DNA of 64,000 bases from an uncultured Clostridiaceae bacterium. GTDB lineage: Bacteria; Bacillota; Clostridia; TANB77; CAG-465. The notes beneath the pieces are model-generated. The model saw nothing but the letters and a program-made list of their open reading frames with translations. It was not told the DNA's origin and made no database searches. The stretch spans positions 4,138 to 68,137 of the forward strand of contig CANCXL010000003.1 in assembly GCA_947381905.1 (NCBI GenBank), read 5' to 3'. Within the stretch, counting starts at the first letter, position 1, and the number at the start of each line of letters is the position of its first letter. Positions 8,863-20,159 of this stretch are shown piece by piece. The position numbers and the translations under genes are program-made.

Positions 8863-10830
8863 ATGAGTAAAGATAAAGAAAAAAAATCCGGATTTTTTAA
8901 ATCTTTTTCATCAAGAATAGTAATAATAGCCTTGTTAATAATTTGTGCTGCAGTAGTATCAATAATAATACCTATGTCACTATACATAGATATACTTGCG
9001 ATATTTATATTGTGTATGATTGCAATTATCATGTGCATTAAAGAATTAAGGGATAAGAAATTTAGATTAAACGAATTGTCTAAAAATGTAGATATGATAT
9101 TTAAAGATTCTTTAGATTTAATTGAAATTCCTATGGCACTAGTTGGTTTACAAGGAAATATTATATGGAAAAATAATTCAGCTGAGCATTTGTTGCCTGA
9201 CGAGTATATTGAAAAGTCTGCTTTAAAATTAGAATCTTTAAAAAAGAAAAATCCAAATTCTAGTTTGCTTGAAGAAGTAGGAAATGGAGATGTTTATAGC
9301 GTATTTTGTAATCATATAAAATTTGATGATTTTGATTGCCTTCTTACTTCATTTATAGATAAAACATATGAAAGCACTCTTGTTGAAACATTAAATGAGT
9401 CAAAAGTTGCTATTGGAATGTTATTTATAGATAATTATGAAGAGACATTACAAGGTTTAGATGATATGAAAAAAGCTGAAGTAACATCGTTAATTACTAA
9501 AGAAATTGGAAGTTGGGCAAGTGAAAATAAAGGTGTTCTAGCAAAACTAGATAAAGACAAATATGCTGTGTTTATCGAAAAAAAATATGTTAAAGCTATG
9601 GAAGAAAATTCTTTTAAAATACTTGAGAGAGTAAGGAATATAACTAAGCTTACAAAGTTACCAATAACAGTGTCTATAGGTATATCATATGGTGAAGAGA
9701 CTTTAGAAGAAAGATATAATGCTGGGCGTTCAGCGCTAGATATAGCTTTAGGACGTGGCGGTGATCAGGCAGTAGTAAAAAAAGATAAAAAATATGATTT
9801 CTTTGGTGGCTCAAACATAGGAATTGAAAAAACAAGTAAGGTTAAGGCAAGAACTATGGCTCAAGCTATGAGAGAACTTGTTGAAAAAAGCGAAAAAGTA
9901 TATGTTATGGGACACAGAAATTCAGATTTAGATTGTATAGGAGCTGCCATAGGTATTGTAAAAATTGCACAATATCTTGGTAAACCAGTAAATGTCATAA
10001 TGGATGCTAAATGTAATGCAAGTTCTGAAGGATTAATTAAGAAAATTAAAGAAGACGAATTATATGAAGATGTATTTAAAACATATGCAGATATAAGAAA
10101 TGATGATTTTACTAATTCATTACTAGTTGTTGTGGATACGCACAAAAAATCATATTTAGTTGAACCAGATCTTTTAGATAAATTTGAAAACGTTGCATTA
10201 ATTGATCATCATAGAAGAGGACCAGAGTTTATAGACAATTCGGTTCTTACATATCACGAAATCTATGCATCATCTGCAACAGAACTTGTTGTAGAAATAT
10301 TAATGTATTTAGATGGGTTAGAACTTTCATCAAATGAGGCAGAATGTATGTATGCAGGTCTTGTGGTTGATACTAAAAACTTTATGTTTAAAACTGGAGT
10401 TAGAACTTTTGAGGTTGCTGCATATCTTAAAAAATTTGGTATAGATGTTGCAGAAATAAAATTATTATTTCAAAATGATTTTGAAACATATGTAGCAAAA
10501 GTTGAAATAGTTAAAAATGCAGAATTTTATAAAGATAAGATTGCAATTTCTATGTCTGAAGCAACTCATACAGATATGCCAATTATTGTAGCACAAGCTG
10601 CAGATGAACTTTTATCTATCTCTGGAATACAGGCATCTTTTGTACTTTGTAAAGTAGAAGGTATTGTAATGATATCTGGTAGATCAATGGGAGATATAAA
10701 TGTTCAAACAATACTTGAAAAAATTGGCGGTGGCGGACACTTAACATTTGCTGGCGCACAAATTGCAGGAGTTAGTCTAGAACAAGCAAAAGAAAAATTA
10801 ATTGAGAGTATTGATGAATATTATAAATAA
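8863..10830 (+). CDS. gdpP: Cyclic-di-AMP phosphodiesterase GdpP (two TM helices, PAS, degenerate GGDEF, DHH/DHHA1)
   Basis: Two N-terminal TM helices, DHH motifs (MGHRNSDLDCIGAA, VVVDTH, IDHHRR) and a DHHA1 GGGGH motif. It sits upstream of rplI-dnaB, as does B. subtilis yybT. Confidence 0.85.
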   Translation: MSKDKEKKSGFFKSFSSRIVIIALLIICAAVVSIIIPMSLYIDILAIFILCMIAIIMCIKELRDKKFRLNELSKNVDMIFKDSLDLIEIPMALVGLQGNIIWKNNSAEHLLPDEYIEKSALKLESLKKKNPNSSLLEEVGNGDVYSVFCNHIKFDDFDCLLTSFIDKTYESTLVETLNESKVAIGMLFIDNYEETLQGLDDMKKAEVTSLITKEIGSWASENKGVLAKLDKDKYAVFIEKKYVKAMEENSFKILERVRNITKLTKLPITVSIGISYGEETLEERYNAGRSALDIALGRGGDQAVVKKDKKYDFFGGSNIGIEKTSKVKARTMAQAMRELVEKSEKVYVMGHRNSDLDCIGAAIGIVKIAQYLGKPVNVIMDAKCNASSEGLIKKIKEDELYEDVFKTYADIRNDDFTNSLLVVVDTHKKSYLVEPDLLDKFENVALIDHHRRGPEFIDNSVLTYHEIYASSATELVVEILMYLDGLELSSNEAECMYAGLVVDTKNFMFKTGVRTFEVAAYLKKFGIDVAEIKLLFQNDFETYVAKVEIVKNAEFYKDKIAISMSEATHTDMPIIVAQAADELLSISGIQASFVLCKVEGIVMISGRSMGDINVQTILEKIGGGGHLTFAGAQIAGVSLEQAKEKLIESIDEYYK

Positions 10831-10857
10831 AATATTAATAATTAAGGAGGTAGAAAA

Positions 10858-11304
10858 ATGAAAGTAGTATTAAATCAGGACATAAAAGGAGTTGGAAAAA
10901 AACTCCAAGTAATAGACGTAAGTGAAGGGTATGCTAGAAATTTTTTATTACCTAAAAAGCTTGCAGTTGTTGCAGATAATAAAAATATGAATCTCGTACA
11001 AGGAAAGATTGATTCTCAAAAATTTAAAAAGCAAACAGAACTTGAAGCAGCAAATGCAAATAAGAAAATAATTGAAAATGGCAGTATTGAGTTTAAAAAT
11101 AAAGTCGGTGGAGATAATAGACTTTATGGAAGCGTAACAGAAAAAGATATTGCAGATAAAATTAAAGAAAAATTTAATATAGAAGTTAATAAAAAGAAGA
11201 TAACTGTAAGTGAACCTATAAAAACTTTAGGAACATATACAGCAAATATAAAATTATACGAAGGAGTAGTAGCAAAGCTAAAAGTAACAGTAACAGGAAT
11301 GTAG
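10858..11304 (+). CDS. rplI: 50S ribosomal protein L9
   Basis: Contains MKVVLNQDIKGVGKK...GYARNFLLPKKLA. Confidence 0.93.
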   Translation: MKVVLNQDIKGVGKKLQVIDVSEGYARNFLLPKKLAVVADNKNMNLVQGKIDSQKFKKQTELEAANANKKIIENGSIEFKNKVGGDNRLYGSVTEKDIADKIKEKFNIEVNKKKITVSEPIKTLGTYTANIKLYEGVVAKLKVTVTGM

Positions 11305-11313
11305 GTGTAGTAA

Positions 11314-12669
11314 ATGGAAAACGAAGTAGTAAATAAGGTACAACCAAATGACACACTGGCAGAGCAAGCCGTTTTAGGCTCAATGCTAGTTTCAAAAGAT
11401 GCAGTTCAAGCAGCAGTAGAAGTTTTAAAACCAGAAGATTTTTATAGAGAAGATAATAAAGAAATATATGCAGCAATGCTTGATATCTACAATGTTGGTA
11501 GAGAAATAGACATGATAACCGTATCAGAACAACTTAAATTAAGAGGGACACTAGAAAGAGTTGGTGGAACTCAAAATCTTGCTACTTTAATAGATAACGT
11601 ACCTACTACATCAAACATTGAAAGATATGTTGAAATTGTTGAACAAAAATCTACATCCAGAAGTTTAATAAAAGTTACAAACGATATTATGAAAGTGTCA
11701 TATGCACAAACAGAAGACCTTGATGCAATTATAGAACAAGCTGAAAAAGGCATATTTGATCTTGCTCAAAATAGGAATAGTAAATCATATGCTGGAATGA
11801 AGGAAATACTTGTTACAACTCTAGATAACATTGAAAAAATGTATGAAAATAAAGAAAAGTTATCAGGAATTGAGTCTGGTTTTTATGATTTAGATGATAA
11901 AATATCAGGTCTTAACGATTCAGATTTAATTATTGTTGCAGCGCGTCCTGCTATGGGAAAATCTGCTTTTGTATTAAATATAGCCTCATATGTAGCAATG
12001 CATGATCATATACCTGTAATGATATTTAACCTAGAAATGTCAAAAGAGCAACTTGTTAAAAGAATGCTTAGTAGTGAGAGTGGCATTGATAGTATGAAGC
12101 TTAATAATGCAGATCTTGAACAAGAGGATTGGATAAAAATGGCTGATGCAAGCAATAGATTAGCTGATGCTCCTATATATATTGATGACTCATCAGTACT
12201 AAGTCCATCAGAAATAAGAGCAAAATGTAGAAAAGCTAAAATAGAAAAAAATATTGGCTTAATTATAATTGACTATTTACAACTTATGGAATCTAAATCT
12301 TCAAATGGTTCAAGACAACAAGAAGTATCTGAAATATCAAGAGGGTTAAAAATACTTGCTAAAGAATTAAATGTTCCAGTAATTGCACTTTCACAGTTAA
12401 GTCGTTCTACAGAGTCAAGAGCAGACCACAGACCTATGCTTAGTGATTTGCGTGAATCTGGATCTATTGAGCAAGATGCAGATATTGTTATGTTTTTACA
12501 CAGAGATGATTACTATGATAAAGAAAGTGAAAAAAAAGGAATTGCTGAGGTTATTATAGCAAAAAATAGACATGGAGAAACAGGAACTATTGAACTTGGC
12601 TGGTTAGGTCAATATACTAGATTTGCAAATATTGACCATAGAAAAGGAATGGAACAATATGAAGGATAA
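11314..12669 (+). CDS. dnaB: Replicative DNA helicase DnaB (DnaC in B. subtilis nomenclature)
   Basis: Contains AEQAVLGSML, Walker A ARPAMGKSAF, IIDYLQLM and SQLSR..E. Confidence 0.95.
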   Translation: MENEVVNKVQPNDTLAEQAVLGSMLVSKDAVQAAVEVLKPEDFYREDNKEIYAAMLDIYNVGREIDMITVSEQLKLRGTLERVGGTQNLATLIDNVPTTSNIERYVEIVEQKSTSRSLIKVTNDIMKVSYAQTEDLDAIIEQAEKGIFDLAQNRNSKSYAGMKEILVTTLDNIEKMYENKEKLSGIESGFYDLDDKISGLNDSDLIIVAARPAMGKSAFVLNIASYVAMHDHIPVMIFNLEMSKEQLVKRMLSSESGIDSMKLNNADLEQEDWIKMADASNRLADAPIYIDDSSVLSPSEIRAKCRKAKIEKNIGLIIIDYLQLMESKSSNGSRQQEVSEISRGLKILAKELNVPVIALSQLSRSTESRADHRPMLSDLRESGSIEQDADIVMFLHRDDYYDKESEKKGIAEVIIAKNRHGETGTIELGWLGQYTRFANIDHRKGMEQYEG

Positions 12670-13642
12670 TATTTTAGATATTGTAAAGAATAATATAGTA
12701 GAAAATAATCTTATAAAAGAAAATGATAAAATAATTGTTGCAGTATCAGGTGGACCAGATTCTATGTGTCTACTTGATTCTTTGTTTAGATTAAAAGACG
12801 AACTTAAGATTCATTTGGTTGTTGCACATGTAAATCATGGCATAAGAAAAGAATCAGATGATGAAAAAATATATGTGGAAAATTATTGCAATAAAAGAAA
12901 TATTCCTTTTTACTATTTAAAAGGGAATATACCAGAACTTTCTAAAGAAAAAAAGATGTCTGAAGAGGCATGTGGTAGAGAAGTAAGATATAATTTTTTT
13001 GAAAAAGTAAGAAGAGAAGAACAAGCTGTATCTATTGCAGTAGCACATAATTTAAATGATAATATAGAGACAATACTACTTAATCTAATTAGAGGTTCTG
13101 GACTAAAGGGATTAACAGGTATGGATTTTAGATATAACAATATTATTAGACCACTTCTTACTATTGAAAAAAAAGATATTTTATTATATAATAATGAACT
13201 AGAGTTAAATCCTTGTATAGACAAAACTAACGAAGAAGAAATATATTTAAGAAATAAAATTAGATTAAGCTTGATTCCATATTTAAAGGAATTAAATCCA
13301 AATTTTAATACAAATATTAGCAGAATGAGAAATATCTTAAAAGAGGATAATGAGTTTATAGAAGAATATACAAATAATATTTTTAAAAATATTATAGTAG
13401 AAGAGGAAGACTCTAAAATTACTTTCAATTATTCATATATAATGAATGAACATGATAGTATAAAGAAAAGGCTGGTTAGAAAAATTATAGAGAAGAAAAT
13501 ATCTAATTTAGACGGAATAGAAAGCATACATGTATTAGATATTATAAAATTGTTAAATAATAATATAAAAGGGAAAAAATATATAATAGGCAATAAGTTT
13601 ACTATAGAAATAGTAAAAAAGAATATTGCTGTTATATATTAA
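12659..13642 (+). CDS. tilS: tRNA(Ile)-lysidine synthase
   Basis: Has the PP-loop [13 protein letters not shown] 12659 overlaps the dnaB stop by 11 nt. Confidence 0.85.
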   Translation: MKDNILDIVKNNIVENNLIKENDKIIVAVSGGPDSMCLLDSLFRLKDELKIHLVVAHVNHGIRKESDDEKIYVENYCNKRNIPFYYLKGNIPELSKEKKMSEEACGREVRYNFFEKVRREEQAVSIAVAHNLNDNIETILLNLIRGSGLKGLTGMDFRYNNIIRPLLTIEKKDILLYNNELELNPCIDKTNEEEIYLRNKIRLSLIPYLKELNPNFNTNISRMRNILKEDNEFIEEYTNNIFKNIIVEEEDSKITFNYSYIMNEHDSIKKRLVRKIIEKKISNLDGIESIHVLDIIKLLNNNIKGKKYIIGNKFTIEIVKKNIAVIY

Positions 13643-13658
13643 TCTGAAGGGAGAAAAA

Positions 13659-15473
13659 ATGAACAAGAAAAGTGCTTTAAGAACATTAATTGTATATGCA
13701 TTGCTTATTGCATTAGCTATTTATGCTATTGAACTACTTGGCTCAAATCAAACAAAACAAATGTCTTATACAGAACTTATGAAAGACATTGATGAACAAA
13801 TTGTACAAAGTATAGAACTTAGCACAGATAGGTTAACAGCAAGTGTAAAATTAAAAGATGAAGAAAATTTAATAAGAATAGTAGATATACCATCAGCTAC
13901 AACCTTTATTGAAGTAGTTCAAGATAGAGTTGGAGCAGGAGAATTTGAGTTAACTGTTGCAAAAGAAACATTTATGGAGGCTATTGCACCATATATTCCA
14001 AATGTATTACTTTTAGTTGGAACATTGTTTATTTTAATGTTTGTATTAAGAAAGACAAATGATAGCAATAGTAAAGCTATGGATTTCGGAAAAAGTAGAG
14101 CTCAAAAAATTGATAAAAATTCGCCAAAGAAAGTAACTTTTGATAATGTTGCAGGACTTGAAGAAGAAAAAGAAGAACTAAAAGAAGAAGTTGAATTCTT
14201 AAAAAATCCTAAAAAGTATATTGATATGGGAGCAAGAATACCTAAAGGTATATTACTTGTAGGTGGACCAGGTACTGGTAAAACATTACTTGCAAAAGCA
14301 GTAGCAGGTGAAGCAAACGTTCCATTTTTTAGTATAAGTGGATCAGATTTTGTTGAAATGTTTGTAGGTGTTGGTGCATCAAGAGTTAGAGATATGTTTA
14401 AAGAGGCAAAAGCTAATTCACCATGTATTATATTTATAGATGAAATTGATGCTGTTGGACGTCATAGAGGTGCAGGACTTGGTGGCGGACATGATGAAAG
14501 AGAGCAGACATTAAACCAATTACTTGTTGAGATGGATGGATTTGCAACTCATGAGAGTATAATAGTTATGGCTGCAACAAACAGACCAGATATACTTGAT
14601 CCAGCACTTTTAAGACCTGGAAGATTTGATAGGCAAGTTGTTGTTGGAAATCCAGACGTAAAAGCAAGAGAAGAAATACTTCAATTACATGCTAAGAATA
14701 AACCATTTGTTCCTGGAATAGATTTTAAAGTTATAGCAAAAAATACAGCAGGATTTAGTGGAGCTGATCTTGAAAATATGATTAATGAATCTGCTCTTCT
14801 TGCTGCAAGAAAAGATAAAAAGACTATAGATTTAAACGATGTTGAGGAAGCTATGGTTAAAGTAATGATGGGACCTGAAAAGAAGAGCAAAGTTATTACA
14901 GAAAAAGAAAAGAAGCTTACAGCATATCATGAAGCAGGTCATGCAGTAGTTGCAAGATGCTTACCAAATCATGATGATATTCATGAGATATCCATAATCC
15001 CAAGAGGTATGGCAGGAGGTTATACAATGTATAAACCTACTGATGATAAAAGTTATGCGTCAAAAAATGAGATGAAAGAGCATATTGTATCACTTCTTGG
15101 TGGAAGAGTTGCAGAAGCGTTAATATTAGATGATATAAGTACAGGTGCTTCTAATGATATAGAAAGAGCAACTAAAATTGCAAGAGAAATGGTTACTAAA
15201 TATGGAATGTCTGAAAAACTTGGACCAATATGTTTTGGAGCATCGCAAGAAGAAGTATTCTTAGGAAAAGAGATGGCAAATCATAATAGAGATTATAGTG
15301 AAAATACAGCATCTCAAATCGATAATGAAATAAAAGATATTGTTATGAATGCTTATACAACTGCTGAGAGAATATTAAAAGAAAACGTTGAAAAACTACA
15401 TAAAGTTGCTAAAAAATTACTAGAAAATGAAAAAATATCAGGAGATGAATTTGAAGCAATCTTTAAAGAATAA
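13659..15473 (+). CDS. ftsH: ATP-dependent zinc metalloprotease FtsH
   Basis: Contains [22 protein letters not shown] and the HEAGHAVV zinc motif. ATG 13659 follows GGGAG. Confidence 0.95.
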   Translation: MNKKSALRTLIVYALLIALAIYAIELLGSNQTKQMSYTELMKDIDEQIVQSIELSTDRLTASVKLKDEENLIRIVDIPSATTFIEVVQDRVGAGEFELTVAKETFMEAIAPYIPNVLLLVGTLFILMFVLRKTNDSNSKAMDFGKSRAQKIDKNSPKKVTFDNVAGLEEEKEELKEEVEFLKNPKKYIDMGARIPKGILLVGGPGTGKTLLAKAVAGEANVPFFSISGSDFVEMFVGVGASRVRDMFKEAKANSPCIIFIDEIDAVGRHRGAGLGGGHDEREQTLNQLLVEMDGFATHESIIVMAATNRPDILDPALLRPGRFDRQVVVGNPDVKAREEILQLHAKNKPFVPGIDFKVIAKNTAGFSGADLENMINESALLAARKDKKTIDLNDVEEAMVKVMMGPEKKSKVITEKEKKLTAYHEAGHAVVARCLPNHDDIHEISIIPRGMAGGYTMYKPTDDKSYASKNEMKEHIVSLLGGRVAEALILDDISTGASNDIERATKIAREMVTKYGMSEKLGPICFGASQEEVFLGKEMANHNRDYSENTASQIDNEIKDIVMNAYTTAERILKENVEKLHKVAKKLLENEKISGDEFEAIFKE

Positions 15474-15482
15474 AAAAATATT

Positions 15483-15512
15483 AGTTACCGATTAAAAATC
15501 GGTAACTTTTTT
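15483..15512 (+). terminator. Intrinsic terminator after ftsH
   Basis: Stem AGTTACCGAT / ATCGGTAACT followed by TTTTT. Confidence 0.8.
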
Positions 15513-15523
15513 ACATAAAAACA

Positions 15524-15552
15524 TTGATTAACACTTTATTTTATGTTATAAT
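15524..15552 (+). promoter_or_regulatory. sigmaA-type promoter of rpsB-tsf (TTGATT-17 nt-TATAAT)
   Basis: Hexamers at 15524-15529 and 15547-15552. This leaves a leader of about 125 nt before rpsB. Confidence 0.5.
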
Positions 15553-15680
15553 AATAGCGCTGTATGTTTAATCTAGTGAACATACAAATACACACACAAT
15601 AGGAGTTTTGCTCTTCTTCCAATAATGGACGTGCAAAATGTTGATAATTGTGGAGGATAGAAAGAAGGAGGAATTTTAAA

Positions 15681-16541
15681 ATGGCAATTATACCAATGAA
15701 ATCATTACTAGAAGCTGGTGTACACTTTGGTCACCAAACAAAAAGATGGGATCCTAGAATGGCTCCATATATATTCACAGCAAGAAATGGAATATACATC
15801 TTAGATTTACAAAAAACATTAAAGAAATTACAAGAAGCTTACAACGAAACTAAAAAAGTTGTAGCTGAAGGTGGAGTAGTTCTTTTCGTAGGAACTAAAA
15901 AACAAATTCAAGAGACTATTAAAACTGAAGCTGAAAGATGTGGAATGTACTACATTAACAGCAGATGGTTAGGTGGTACTTTAACAAACTTTGCTACTAT
16001 TAAAACAAGAATAGCAAGACTTAATGAATTAGAAAAAATGGAAGCAGATGGAACATTTGAAGTTTTACCTAAAAAAGAAGTTACTAAATTAAGAAAAGAA
16101 ATGGAAATATTAAATACTAACCTTGGTGGTATTAAAAATATGGAAAAACTTCCATCATTAATTTTCTTAGCTGACTCTAAAAAAGAATATATTTGTACAA
16201 GAGAAGCTAGAAGACTTAATATCCCAACAATTGGTTTAATAGATTCTAACTGTAACCCAAATGATGTAGATTTTGTAATTCCAGGTAATGATGATGCTGT
16301 AAGATCAGTAAGCTTAATCGCTGGTAAAATAGCTGATGCTGTTGTAGAAGTTAAAGAAGGAAACTTAGCTACAGTTGACGACGAAGATTTTGAAACAATG
16401 CAAGAATTAGTTGAAAAAGAAGGCGTTGACAAAATAGAAAGAAAACCAAAACAAAACAACAGAAGAAACTATACAAAAAGAGATAACAGAAAAGAAGAAG
16501 TTGCTGAAGTTAAAGAAGAAACAACTACAGAACAAGAATAG
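15681..16541 (+). CDS. rpsB: 30S ribosomal protein S2
   Basis: Contains [28 protein letters not shown] 15681 follows AAGGAGG. Confidence 0.95.
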   Translation: MAIIPMKSLLEAGVHFGHQTKRWDPRMAPYIFTARNGIYILDLQKTLKKLQEAYNETKKVVAEGGVVLFVGTKKQIQETIKTEAERCGMYYINSRWLGGTLTNFATIKTRIARLNELEKMEADGTFEVLPKKEVTKLRKEMEILNTNLGGIKNMEKLPSLIFLADSKKEYICTREARRLNIPTIGLIDSNCNPNDVDFVIPGNDDAVRSVSLIAGKIADAVVEVKEGNLATVDDEDFETMQELVEKEGVDKIERKPKQNNRRNYTKRDNRKEEVAEVKEETTTEQE

Positions 16542-16571
16542 TATTAATATATAAATAGGGGGTGCTTTATT

Positions 16572-17219
16572 ATGGCAATTACAGCCGAGCAAGTTAAAGA
16601 ATTAAGAGATAGAACAGGTGCAGGTATAATGGACTGCAAAAAAATCCTTACAGAAGCTGAAGGAAATATAGAAAAAGCAATAGAGCTTTTAAAACAAAAA
16701 GGAATGGCTAAAGCTGCTAAAAAAGCAGGAAGAATTGCTGCAGAAGGTTTAGTAGAAGCATATATTCACAATGGTAAATATGGTGCTTTAGTAGAAGTAA
16801 ACTCTGAAACAGACTTCGTTGCTAACAACCCAGAATTTAAGAGTTTTGTTAAAGATATTGCTATGCATGTTGCTGCTGCTGCTCCTCAATATGTAAAACG
16901 TGAGGATGTACCTGCTGCAATCGTTGAAGCAGAAAAAGAAGCACAAAAACAAAAAGCTGTTGCTGAAGGAAAACCAGAAGCAATTGCTGAAAAAATTGTT
17001 GAAGGAAGAATGGATAAATTCTATTCAGAAATTTGTCTTTTAGATCAAGCATTTGTAAAAGATCCAGATAAAACAGTTGGACAACTTTTAACTGAATTAA
17101 TTGCAAAAATCGGTGAAAACATTGTTATTAGAAGATTCGTTAGATTCGAAAGAGGAGAAGGAATCGAGAAAAAAGAAGAGAACTTTGCTGAAGAAGTAAT
17201 GAAACAAGTTAATGGTTAG
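16572..17219 (+). CDS. tsf: Elongation factor Ts (short form, 215 aa)
   Basis: Contains [22 protein letters not shown] and ETDFVA. Confidence 0.93.
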   Translation: MAITAEQVKELRDRTGAGIMDCKKILTEAEGNIEKAIELLKQKGMAKAAKKAGRIAAEGLVEAYIHNGKYGALVEVNSETDFVANNPEFKSFVKDIAMHVAAAAPQYVKREDVPAAIVEAEKEAQKQKAVAEGKPEAIAEKIVEGRMDKFYSEICLLDQAFVKDPDKTVGQLLTELIAKIGENIVIRRFVRFERGEGIEKKEENFAEEVMKQVNG

Positions 17220-17232
17220 TCATTAAAATTAA

Positions 17233-17263
17233 ATACTCGTAATATATTACGGGTATTTTTTTT
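17233..17263 (+). terminator. Intrinsic terminator after tsf
   Basis: Stem ATACTCGTAAT / ATTACGGGTAT (one mismatch) followed by a T8 run. Confidence 0.65.
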
Positions 17264-17268
17264 AAGAA

Positions 17269-17298
17269 TTGACAAATTTTAACTTTAAATGATATAAT
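17269..17298 (+). promoter_or_regulatory. sigmaA-type promoter of pyrH (TTGACA-18 nt-TATAAT, with a TGn extension)
   Basis: Hexamers at 17269-17274 and 17293-17298. Confidence 0.5.
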
Positions 17299-17321
17299 TT
17301 TTTTAATTTGGAGGAAGTAAT

Positions 17322-18023
17322 ATGTATAAGAGAATATTAGTTAAATTAAGTGGAGAAGCAATTGGGCAAGATGATGGAAGAGGAATTGAAAGTAGTAAAC
17401 TTGAAAGAGTAGCAAATCAATTAGTAAACTTAAATAAAGATGGTGTTGAAATTGCTGTAGTAATAGGAGCAGGAAACTTTTGGAGAGGAAAATATGGCGG
17501 AACATATATAAAAAGAACAACATCAGATTATATGGGAATGCTTGCAACTACACTAAACGCTTTAGCATTACAAGAGATGCTCGAGTCTAAAGGAATTGAA
17601 ACAAGAGTACAAACAGCAATTGAGATGAAACAGGTTGCTGAACCATATATTAGAAGAAAGGCAGTAAGACACTTAGAAAAAGGAAGAGTTGTTATTTTTG
17701 CTTGTGGTACAGGTAGTCCATACTTTACAACAGATTCGGCAGCAGCATTAAGGGCAGTAGAAATGGATTCAGAAGTTATATTGCTTGCTAAAAATGTTGA
17801 TGGTGTTTATAATAAAGATCCAAAAAAATATGATGATGCAGTAAAATATGAAGAAGTATCATATATGCAATCAATTAATGAAAAATTAGGTGTAATGGAT
17901 ACTACTGCAATTACACTTTGTATGGAAAATAAAATTCCAATTCTTGTATTTGCATTAAATGAAGAAAATTCAATAATAAAAGCTGTAAATGGTGATAGAA
18001 TAGGAACTATTATAAAAGAGTAG
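17322..18023 (+). CDS. pyrH: UMP kinase
   Basis: Contains [19 protein letters not shown] and [17 protein letters not shown]. Confidence 0.93.
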   Translation: MYKRILVKLSGEAIGQDDGRGIESSKLERVANQLVNLNKDGVEIAVVIGAGNFWRGKYGGTYIKRTTSDYMGMLATTLNALALQEMLESKGIETRVQTAIEMKQVAEPYIRRKAVRHLEKGRVVIFACGTGSPYFTTDSAAALRAVEMDSEVILLAKNVDGVYNKDPKKYDDAVKYEEVSYMQSINEKLGVMDTTAITLCMENKIPILVFALNEENSIIKAVNGDRIGTIIKE

Positions 18024-18039
18024 TTATTGGAGGGGTTAT

Positions 18040-18726
18040 ATGGAAGATAGAGGTGAAGTTTTATACGAACTAAGTCCTAAATTTGATTTTTTGTATGAAC
18101 TTACTATGCCAACAGGTAAGAAGATGAAGTCTGCTATAGTTGGTGCTATTATTGCTGCTATAATTAATATTGTTTTATTAGTTTTTAGAAATGATATTAT
18201 ATCAATGAATAATACTACGTATTCTTTAATGTATAAAGCGTGTGCTACTATATGCCTTATTATAATGATATTTATGATTTTAATGGCAATAGCAAGAGTT
18301 ATATTGCAATCATTAGAGTATAAGGGAATAAAATATAGATTCTATAAAGATTGTTTAGTGTTTGAAAACAGTTTTTTAAATCAGACAAGAAAAACAATAG
18401 AATATTCTAATATAAAAGAAATAGAGATAAGAAAAACAATTATGGATAGAATATTAAATTATGGAGTAATTATTATTTATACTAATGCTGACAAAGGATT
18501 TGGCAGTGCTACAATTTTATATGCAATAAAGAACACAGAAGAACACTATAACAATATAGAAAGCATAGTTCATAATGGTAAAATTATATCAAGTCCTATC
18601 AAATCAGAGGACTCAAATAAAAACCTTAAAGAAGAAATAAATTTACAAAATGCAATGAATAGAAACGAAATTTATACAGAATCAAATGCACAAAGTGATA
18701 ATAATCCATTAGAAAAAAGAGATTAA
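18040..18726 (+). CDS. Membrane protein with a bacterial PH (YdbS/YdbT-like) domain
   Basis: Two TM helices followed by the pattern IKYRFYKDCLVFENSF..TIEYSNIKEIEIRKTIMDRILNYGVIIIYT, typical of bPH_2 domains. Confidence 0.55.
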   Translation: MEDRGEVLYELSPKFDFLYELTMPTGKKMKSAIVGAIIAAIINIVLLVFRNDIISMNNTTYSLMYKACATICLIIMIFMILMAIARVILQSLEYKGIKYRFYKDCLVFENSFLNQTRKTIEYSNIKEIEIRKTIMDRILNYGVIIIYTNADKGFGSATILYAIKNTEEHYNNIESIVHNGKIISSPIKSEDSNKNLKEEINLQNAMNRNEIYTESNAQSDNNPLEKRD

Positions 18727-18845
18727 TGTAATAAGAGGGAAATACAAGCCCTCTTATTATTTTTCTATATGTCAAAAGTTGTAATATATTATTGACTATG
18801 AATGGCAAAAATAGTATAATTACAATTGTTATAGGAGGGATTTAA

Positions 18846-20159
18846 TTGAAGAAAGACAATATTATTAAAATAGTAATTTCAATTATTGTTATGCTTCTTC
18901 TAGGATATCTTGCTATATTTGGACTAACAATAGGTGAAAAAACTATTATTAAAGGTGCAAAAAGCATAAAAACTGGGTTAGATATTAGCGGTGGTGTTAC
19001 TATAGTATATCAAGCCGAAGCAGAAGAAGGACAAGAAATTACTGTAGATGATTTAGAAAAATCAAAAGCAGTTATAACAAAAAGATTAGAAGCTAAGAAT
19101 ATCTATGATTATATTATTAGAGTTGATTCTAACACAAATCAGATTAATGTTGAAATACCAACAGACACTAGTGATACATCAGTAGATCCCCTAGCAGCAG
19201 TTGAAGGACTTGACAGAACAGCAGTAATTCAATTTAGAGATTCAGATGGAAATGTATTACTACAAGGTAGTGATATAAAATCTGCAAAATATAGTGAGGA
19301 TGCTGTAGATAGTACTGGAATTGGTAAACCACATGTTGTTTTAACTTTTAGCGAAGAAGGACAGGTAAAATTTGCAGAGGCAACAGAAAAACTTGTAGGA
19401 AAACCAATGCCAATTTATCTAGATGAGGATTGTATTACAGAACCTGTAGTAAATTCAAAAATAGATTCGTCAACAGCAATAATAACAGTTGGAAGCGGAA
19501 AACGTGCTGAAATGGAAGCAATAGCTAGAGAATACGCTATGCTTATTGATTCAGGAAGTTTACCATTTAATCTAAATGTTATAAACAAAGAATACATTGG
19601 ACCATATGTTGGTCAACAAGCATTAGATATAAGTGTTAAAGCAGGTGTAGTTGCTCTTATTGCAATTGCTTTAATTATGATATTAATATATAGATTACCA
19701 GGTGTTGTATCTACAATATCATTAGTAATATATATATCTATATTACTACTTATAATTTCAAATACTGGAATTTCATTAACTCTATCAGGTATAGCAGGTT
19801 TAATACTATCTATTGGTATGGCAGTTGATGGAAATGTTATTATATTTGAAAGATTAAAAGAAGAGCTATATCAGAAAGTAGCATATAAGAAAGCTTTTGA
19901 AAAAGCATATAAAAATGCAACAAGTACAATTGTTGATGGAAATATTACTACATTAATAGTTGCATTAGTTCTATACTTACTTGGATCAGGAATGATTAAA
20001 GGATTTGGATTAGTACTTGCACTTGGTGTTGTATTTACACTTGTATCATCACTACTTGTTTCAAGATTTATTTTAAAACAATTTATGCCAATGGCAAATA
20101 AGACTACTTTCTTATTTGGAATAAAAAAGGAGGTAGAAAAAAATGACACTAAAGCTTAA
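18846..20159 (+). CDS. secD: Protein translocase subunit SecD (TTG start)
   Basis: TTG follows AGGAGGG. It has a periplasmic-type domain plus a C-terminal 6-TM region (GIAGLILSIGMAVDGNVIIFERLKEE). Confidence 0.9.
   Translation: MKKDNIIKIVISIIVMLLLGYLAIFGLTIGEKTIIKGAKSIKTGLDISGGVTIVYQAEAEEGQEITVDDLEKSKAVITKRLEAKNIYDYIIRVDSNTNQINVEIPTDTSDTSVDPLAAVEGLDRTAVIQFRDSDGNVLLQGSDIKSAKYSEDAVDSTGIGKPHVVLTFSEEGQVKFAEATEKLVGKPMPIYLDEDCITEPVVNSKIDSSTAIITVGSGKRAEMEAIAREYAMLIDSGSLPFNLNVINKEYIGPYVGQQALDISVKAGVVALIAIALIMILIYRLPGVVSTISLVIYISILLLIISNTGISLTLSGIAGLILSIGMAVDGNVIIFERLKEELYQKVAYKKAFEKAYKNATSTIVDGNITTLIVALVLYLLGSGMIKGFGLVLALGVVFTLVSSLLVSRFILKQFMPMANKTTFLFGIKKEVEKNDTKA

Noticed and set aside
11216-11476. 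Leu-rich or Gln-rich minus-strand ORFs, here and at 16861-17106, 17341-17547, 38679-38909 and 49272-49502.
   Set aside because: These are low-complexity translations (poly-L, poly-Q, poly-H) of the antisense strand of rplI/dnaB, tsf, pyrH, the filament ATPase gene and the 921-aa gene. They have no start context.
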